Assembly: GCF_006345805.1 (NCBI RefSeq)
Contig: NW_021825734.1
Span: 1-15,968, forward strand
Source: Octopus sinensis
Taxonomy: Eukaryota
Reading direction: 5' to 3'
Length of the DNA stretch: 15,968 bases
The notes under the pieces are model-generated. The model searched no databases and was not told the origin of the DNA. It worked only from the letters and a program-made list of their open reading frames with translations. Positions 9,739 through 15,968 of this stretch are shown here, piece after piece. Position 1 is the first letter of the stretch. Every line of letters begins with the position of its first letter. Made by a program: the position numbers and the translations under genes.

Positions 9739-9997
9739 TTGCAGCGTGGAAGGTGTTTGTAAGCCATTTAAGAAACACACAAAAACCGTTAGATTCACTT
9801 CAACATTTAAATTTAATTTGCCAAAATATTTTCGTCGCTTTGAGACCGCGACCTGTTCACTGACAAAAATATCGTGCTAACAGGTCGCGGTCTCAAAGCG
9901 ACGAAAATATTTTGGCAAATTAAATTTAAATGTTGAAGTGAATCTAACGGTTTTTGTGTGTTTCTTAAATGGCTTATAAACACCTTCAACGTTGCAA
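9739..9997. repeat. foldback element, copy 1: 119-bp arms with 21-nt spacer
   Basis: 9739-9857 is the reverse complement of 9879-9997 with 3 mismatches. Confidence 0.97.
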
Positions 9998-10153
9998 CTG
10001 TTTTCGTTCCAGCACACGATCTCAGATCAAGTCACTTGCTATGCAAGTACATCTCTGTAACTATATATATATTTATATATATATGTATATTGGTAAAAAC
10101 AGTAAGATAACAAAAGAAAGAAAGAGACCTCAATATTATGTAAATAGAGGAAA

Positions 10154-10548
10154 TCTTTATATATAAAAGTGAGGTTGTGTGTATGTCTCCTACGATTTAG
10201 ATTCCTAACTACTCCCACATTTTGCGGTGCAGTTTAACCAAAACCGGGTATCTTATAGTTGTGATTCATATCGAGCCCGTCTGGGTATTAGCGCGCGTCT
10301 ACGATGAGTCTACGATTAAAGAAAAAAATTACCATCAATTTTCCCCATTTTTAATCCATTTTTGACATATATAAGGGAAGTAACTCTCTAAAATTTATTA
10401 TTAAATCTCAGAACGTAAAAAGCTACAGTAACACCCCTCCCCCTTTGTGGTTAGCCATATTGAGATGGCTATTATACTTTACATCTCTAAAAATGCTTAT
10501 ATAATTATTTCCCTTACAAACCCGAGCAACGCCGGGCAATACTGCTAG
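10154..10548 (+). mobile_element. non-autonomous Helitron, copy 1 (395 bp)
   Basis: A|TC start, subterminal GC hairpin CCCGAGCAACGCCGGG (10521-10536), CTAG|T end, no TSD: canonical Helitron termini. Confidence 0.85.
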
Positions 10549-10559
10549 TTATATATATA

Positions 10560-10902
10560 AAGGACCCCACCAATCAGTTATAAGTGACCATGGGATTGCA
10601 CCTGGAAAGTGTCCATACGAAGCACATTCCCGGGCAAGGTTATTTCTGGGAGAACCAGCATTCGCCCATGCATATCAGCCTCTTCCTCTCCACGCCCCGA
10701 TGTTATTCAAGGGAAAGGCAAAGGGACCGATACAACTTGGCACCAGTGACGTCGCAACTCAATTCTACAGCTGAGTGAATTGGAGCAACGAGAAATAAAG
10801 TGTATTGCTCAAGAACTGAACACACAACAACCCAGTCCGGGAATCGAACTGATTACCTCATAATTATGAGCACGACGCTCTAACCACTGAGCCATGCACC
10901 TT
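10560..10902 (-). mobile_element. tRNA-derived SINE family B, copy 1
   Basis: A box TGGCTCAGTGG (10884-10894), B box GTTCGATTCC (10840-10849), then GTTCTTGAGCAATACACTTTA, which resembles conserved SINE central domains (Meta/V-type, from memory). Confidence 0.85.
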
Positions 10903-11040
10903 CACACACACACACACACACACACCACACACACACACACACACAACACACACACACGCACACACACACACACACATACATGCATACACATATACACACA
11001 TACATACATACATATATATATATGTGTGTATATATATATA

Positions 11041-11297
11041 TTGCAGCGTGGAAGGTGTTTGTAAGCCATTTAAGAAACACACAAAAACCGTTAGATTCAC
11101 TTCAACATTTAATTTAATTTGCCAAAATATTTTCGTCGCTTTGAGACCGCGACCTGTTCACTGACAAAAATATCGTGCTAACAGGTCGCGGTCTCAAAGC
11201 GACGAAAATATTTTGGCAAATTAATTTAAATGTTGAAGTGAATCTAACGGTTTTTGTGTGTTTCTTAAATGGCTTATAAACACCTTCAACGCTGCAA
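11041..11297. repeat. foldback element, copy 2: 118-bp arms with 21-nt spacer
   Basis: 11041-11158 is the reverse complement of 11180-11297 with 3 mismatches. Confidence 0.97.
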
Positions 11298-11453
11298 CTG
11301 TTTTCGTTCCAGCACACGATCTCAGATCAAGTCACTTGCTATGCAAGTACATCTCTGTAACTATATATATATTTATATATATATGTATATTGGTAAAAAC
11401 AGTAAGATAACAAAAGAAAGAAAGAGACCTCAATATTATGTAAATAGAGGAAA

Positions 11454-11848
11454 TCTTTATATATAAAAGTGAGGTTGTGTGTATGTCTCCTACGATTTAG
11501 ATTCCTAACTACTCCCACATTTTGCGGTGCAGTTTAACCAAAACCGGGTATCTTATAGTTGTGATTCATATCGAGCCCGTCTGGGTATTAGCGCGCGTCT
11601 ACGATGAGTCTACGATTAAAGAAAAAAATTACCATCAATTTTTCCCATTTTTAATCCATTTTTGACATATATAAGGGAAGTAACTCTCTAAAATTTATTA
11701 TTAAATCTCAGAACGTAAAAAGCTACAGTAACACCCCTCCCCCTTTGTGGTTAGCCATATTGAGATGGCTATTATACTTTACATCTCTAAAAATGCTTAT
11801 ATAATTATTTCCCTTACAAACCCGAGCAACGCCGGGCAATACTGCTAG
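11454..11848 (+). mobile_element. non-autonomous Helitron, copy 2
   Basis: Duplicate of 10154-10548. Confidence 0.85.
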
Positions 11849-11859
11849 TTATATATATA

Positions 11860-12639
<780 letters not shown>

Positions 12640-12897
12640 AACTATGAATAGTTTGAATTCATTGCACTTTATGAATACGCATCAATATCACCAGATCCAT
12701 ACATTTAAAACCTGATGAATAGGACTACATCGACGTAGCTGCTCCATAGTCGTGTGATTTGCTTACAATAATATCGCAGCGTCTTAAATAATAGGACCTG
12801 TGGTGAACAAATAACGGCAGGAAAATAACGATGGAAGATGAGGTCGGGTTCGGGTCTGAGAGTATGAAAAAAAAAAGAAAAGAAAGATATCGATCTA

Positions 12898-13390
12898 TCA
12901 GTGCTTTAGAAGGCCAAGGTACGAGTTACTTTTCCTATTGTTCGAGCCCACACTATCCTGGCGTGAATCCAGTATAGCGTTAAAGTTTCCCAACATAACT
13001 AGTGTCTTTGACGTTACAAGGAAATTCTCCAGGCATCGATAGAAATCATTCTGTTTGCCTACGATACTAGGCGTGTAAATGCTAATCAACCTGAAAGCTT
13101 TATCCCTGAATGTTAGATCCAGAACGACCAACTCGCCTTCTGGGTCCACAAGGATCGTACGTATCTGTAGAGCCAAGCTTTATCAGAGAAAAACTACGCC
13201 TCTCTGCCCTCCGGTCTGGCTAGGAGACGTAATTTTTTTCATAGCCGTTTAAAAGAGTCGAGAAGTCCTGCAGCTTGTCCAACTTGGTCTCAGTAGTCAC
13301 CATCACATCTATTGTATGGGACCTGGGGTCGTTGAGGAAACCAGCTTGCTTCCACTTTGAGTTCAGGCCTCGCACACTCAAAATTATGCT
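12898..13390 (-). mobile_element. decayed L1/Tx1-type non-LTR retrotransposon endonuclease (EEP/APE) fragment
   Basis: ILSVRGLNSK..DVMVTTETKLD, then after a stop and frameshift DPEGELVVLDL..FRLISIYTP..LVMLGNFNAILD. These match the N-VRGL, QET, YAP and GDFN motifs of APE-type endonucleases. Confidence 0.85.
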
Positions 13391-13514
13391 GAGTGCAGCC
13401 GTGTCGAATGATTTTATTTCTTCCCCCTGGAAGAGTAGCGTGGTCAAAACCCATGCGACCTCCACTTCAGTAGAGGTATATCGACGTAGCTGCACCATGG
13501 TCGCGTGATTTAGC

Positions 13515-13780
13515 TTCACATTACGTTCCATCATATCCCGTCACATGTGACGGAATGTGAATGGAATGTGAGTGGAGTGCCAATGAAATGTGAATATGAA
13601 TGAAATGCGATTGGAATGTAAATGGAATGTGAATGAAATGGAATGTAATGGAATGCAAATGGAATGTGCATAGGACGTGAATGGAATGCAAATGGAATGT
13701 CAATGGAATGTGAACGGAATGCGGATGTAAAGCGATGGAATGCAATGTAGTGTGATACAATGTCATGTGATGGAATGGAT
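13515..13780. repeat. degenerate 11-bp (RAATGGAATGY) satellite with an inverted start
   Basis: Repeated aatggaatgt/c units from 13552. 13515-13545 are similar units in the opposite orientation. Confidence 0.85.
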
Positions 13781-13927
13781 ACCCTGAATATATTTCACGC
13801 ATCTGCTTCACTTTACATCATCTTTGTCCTCCTTGTTAAAATCATTCTTTGAAATGGCAATTTTATTCTAAATGTTTGAAAAATAGAAGAGAATAAATAA
13901 AGTGTGACAAATGTCAAACAACCAAAA

Positions 13928-14093
13928 CTGAACGATTTGCAGTCATCTTCATAAATATTTCCCAGGTGTTCTGGGCACACCAGACCAACGGACCATTAAA
14001 CCACCGACACAAGCAAATAAGGCAGCTGCTACGTGGTCAGCTGTGTAGTTAGAAATAGCAGTCTAATCTCCCTCAGATCATATCCTACTGTCA

Positions 14094-14096
<3 letters not shown>
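13928..14096 (+). repeat. inner inverted-repeat arm, left (169 bp)
   Basis: Reverse complement of 14876-15043 with 8 substitutions and 1 indel. Confidence 0.96.

Positions 14097-14097
<1 letters not shown>

Positions 14098-14130
<33 letters not shown>
14098..14130. repeat. (GA)n microsatellite
   Basis: Read directly from sequence. Confidence 0.97.
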
Positions 14131-14134
<4 letters not shown>

Positions 14135-14173
14135 CGGAACTCCAAAAGGGAAGCAGACATCTCGGACGTTATC

Positions 14174-14870
14174 TTATGTTAGGTAAGACCAATGATGGTA
14201 AGAAAAGATAGAAGAGAAAGCAGTTGATGGTTGTTAAGGTGTTGTTTGCCATTGATGTGTTGGATATTAGGAGCAGAATGTTCGAGAATTATATTCCATT
14301 CTTAGTCGTAACCGGAGTATTGTACAGTTGCTCCACGTAGAGAATCAATGAAGGAGCCAGCAAACCCACCGACTATGATGACTGGCCACTGGACTGGACT
14401 CCCGTGGAGCTTCCGTTGGTTGATGGTCAACAATAGTGTTAAATAGTAAGTAACACCGATAATCAAACCACCAAGAGCACTGCAGAGTAAACCGACAAAG
14501 GATACGGAACCACTGGCCCTTCTGGGAACTTTTCTTGATCTTGTGATAAGTCGTGAATTTACTAACTGGGTAGAACCGATGACAGTGCCAAATTCTGAGG
14601 AAAATGTGTCTCCACAGGAACATGCCAGTGCACCCAACACAGCTGTTGACATCCATGATGCCTGGTAGTGATTAACAAAATCCACTGGAAGTTATTTCAA
14701 TCCAATATCTATGAGATACATCAGGCTGATTTCGCTGGCCACTTCGTCATTGCATACAACCTGCACCCAGTTGCGCTGGCTGCCCTCTTTGAAGTTTTCC
14801 TCAAAGGACCTTTTTTACTACTGCGGAATTTTGTGGTAGACGATGCCGTGAAGAAGAAGAAGTAGCAGTA
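14174..14870 (-). pseudogene. TMEM19: intronless, 5'-truncated TMEM19 (DUF92 family) pseudogene fragment
   Basis: FFFTASSTTKFR-[frameshift in the A6 run, 14811-14816]-EENFKEGSQRNWVQVVCN..IG-LK*(14692-14694)-LPVDF..YQASWM..GALACSCGDTFSSE..RLIT..GSVSFVGL..GG..QWP..GATVQYSGYD*(14302-14304)..HINGK..LNNH. This matches the KEGGQRNWVQV, GDTWASE and GATMQY motifs of TMEM19. Confidence 0.93.
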
Positions 14871-14875
14871 TCTGT

Positions 14876-15043
14876 TTATGACAGTAGGATGTGATCTGAG
14901 GGAGATTAGACTGCTATTTCTAACTACACAGCTGACCACGTAGCAGCTGCCTTATTTGCTTGTGTCTGTGGTTTAATGGTCCATTGGTCTGTTGTAGCCA
15001 GAACACGTGGGAAATATTTGTGAAGATGACTGCAATCGTTCAG
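14876..15043 (-). repeat. inner inverted-repeat arm, right (168 bp)
   Basis: Partner of 13928-14096. Confidence 0.96.
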
Positions 15044-15307
15044 GAACCCAACAGACAGGGCACATAAAAGCCCCAAGAAGTATTCAGGGATTTCCGGTGG
15101 AAGGCAACACTGGTTAAAAGCACTGGTGAAATAGTAGAAGCTATACATCGCCAGGGAGTCACAGCTTCATCACCTCATTCTTGAAAGATGATTCCGTAGA
15201 AAACTTTGAAGACCCAACAACAAAATTCGAAAATATCAGCAACACCGGCGAAGACAATATACAAGAGAGCAGATCAGATCAAAAACTGTCCCTCCGAGTC
15301 GGAAGTC

Positions 15308-15615
15308 TCATAGTTTCTCTTTAAAACGTATCTAAAGAAAAGTTGAAATTTCAATGCTTTTTAAGAGTTACCTCCCTTGACTTACTTAGAGTTATCTCCC
15401 TTAGCTGTAATTTATTTCATTTCAAATGTCGACGTACATCAATAAATACCAATTAAAATAGTCATCTGTACGTGATTGAGAATACATTTCATTGGTCCCA
15501 GAAGAGTGAAAATCAAAAATGCCGTCGTTTGTAGTATTTGCATTCAGAAGGTTAAAAGGACAATTACACAAACACGTAGACAAAATAAAACAAGACTGGA
15601 ATAAGTGGTGTAAAG

Positions 15616-15668
<53 letters not shown>

Positions 15669-15809
15669 TGTGTGTGTGTGTGTGGTGTGTGTGTGTGTGA
15701 GTGTGTGTATGTGTGTGTGAAGGCGCATGACTCAGTGGTTAGAGCGTCGTGCTCATAATTATGAGGTAACCAGTTCGATTCCCGGACCAGGCTGGTGTGT
15801 GTTGTGTTC
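15308..15809 (-). repeat. outer inverted-repeat arm, right
   Basis: Partner of 12113-12639; includes (TG)n at 15619-15719. Confidence 0.95.
15720..15809 (+). mobile_element. tRNA-derived SINE family B, head only (3'-truncated)
   Basis: A box TGACTCAGTGG, B box GTTCGATTCC. Shares GTGCTCATAATTATGAGG with copies 1 and 2. Confidence 0.85.
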
Positions 15810-15968
15810 AAGAATTTTACTTCCTCTTCCTCTCCTCTCTTTCAAATCTCCCTCCTTGGAATGTTTAAAATCCTTCCTCCCCTTCCCCCTCTCCCGAATG
15901 TTGAAAAATCCTTCCCCCTTCCTCCCCTTCCCTTCAACACTACCCCTCACTTGGATGTTCAAGAATTC
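15805..15968. repeat. pyrimidine-rich minisatellite-like tract
   Basis: Recurrent TGTT(C/T/G)AA..AT cores separated by C/T runs; TGTTCAAGAATT at 15805 and 15956. Confidence 0.6.

Noticed and set aside
10584-10778. Duplicated 64-aa ORF (also 11884-12078), and the duplicated 65-aa ORF at 9969/11269
   Set aside because: They are antisense to a SINE or cross the hairpin and microsatellite. Their conservation only reflects the recent duplication.
10830-10902. tRNA-Met(CAT)-like gene (CTCATAA loop), also at 12130-12202 and 15720-15790
   Set aside because: The anticodon stem does not pair in tRNA register, there is no acceptor stem, and it continues into a SINE body. It is a SINE head.
10154-11848. 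Rolling-circle Helitron origin for the 1.3-kb tandem duplication
   Set aside because: The junction is in (CA)n, not a CTAG|TC head-to-tail join.
12867-12885. A-rich run as the poly(A) tail of the L1/Tx1 fragment
   Set aside because: It is on the wrong strand for a minus-strand element.
14174-14870. Functional TMEM19 exon
   Set aside because: In-frame stops and a frameshift fall inside conserved regions, and the 5' end is truncated against a repeat.
15044-15307. Coding-like spacer between the right inner and outer arms
   Set aside because: Only short frames with no recognisable motif, and no convincing homology to the left spacer. A BLAST search would be needed to identify it.

Overview
Repeat-dense, AT-rich eukaryotic non-coding DNA with no intact protein-coding gene. 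The SINE, Helitron and microsatellite repertoire looks like an octopus-type cephalopod genome; that is my recognition from memory, not a database result. The window holds many microsatellites, at least three tRNA-SINE-like families, non-autonomous Helitrons, a decayed RTE-clade LINE fragment, a decayed L1/Tx1-type endonuclease fragment, a near-perfect 119-bp-arm hairpin and a ~1.3-kb tandem duplication. The most unusual part is 12113-15809. Two nested pairs of inverted repeats (each ~95% identical arm-to-arm) enclose an intronless, disabled fragment of TMEM19 (DUF92 family). A recurring theme is internal fragments of genes or LINEs bracketed by duplicated flanks, seen three times. All identity counts are manual alignments.
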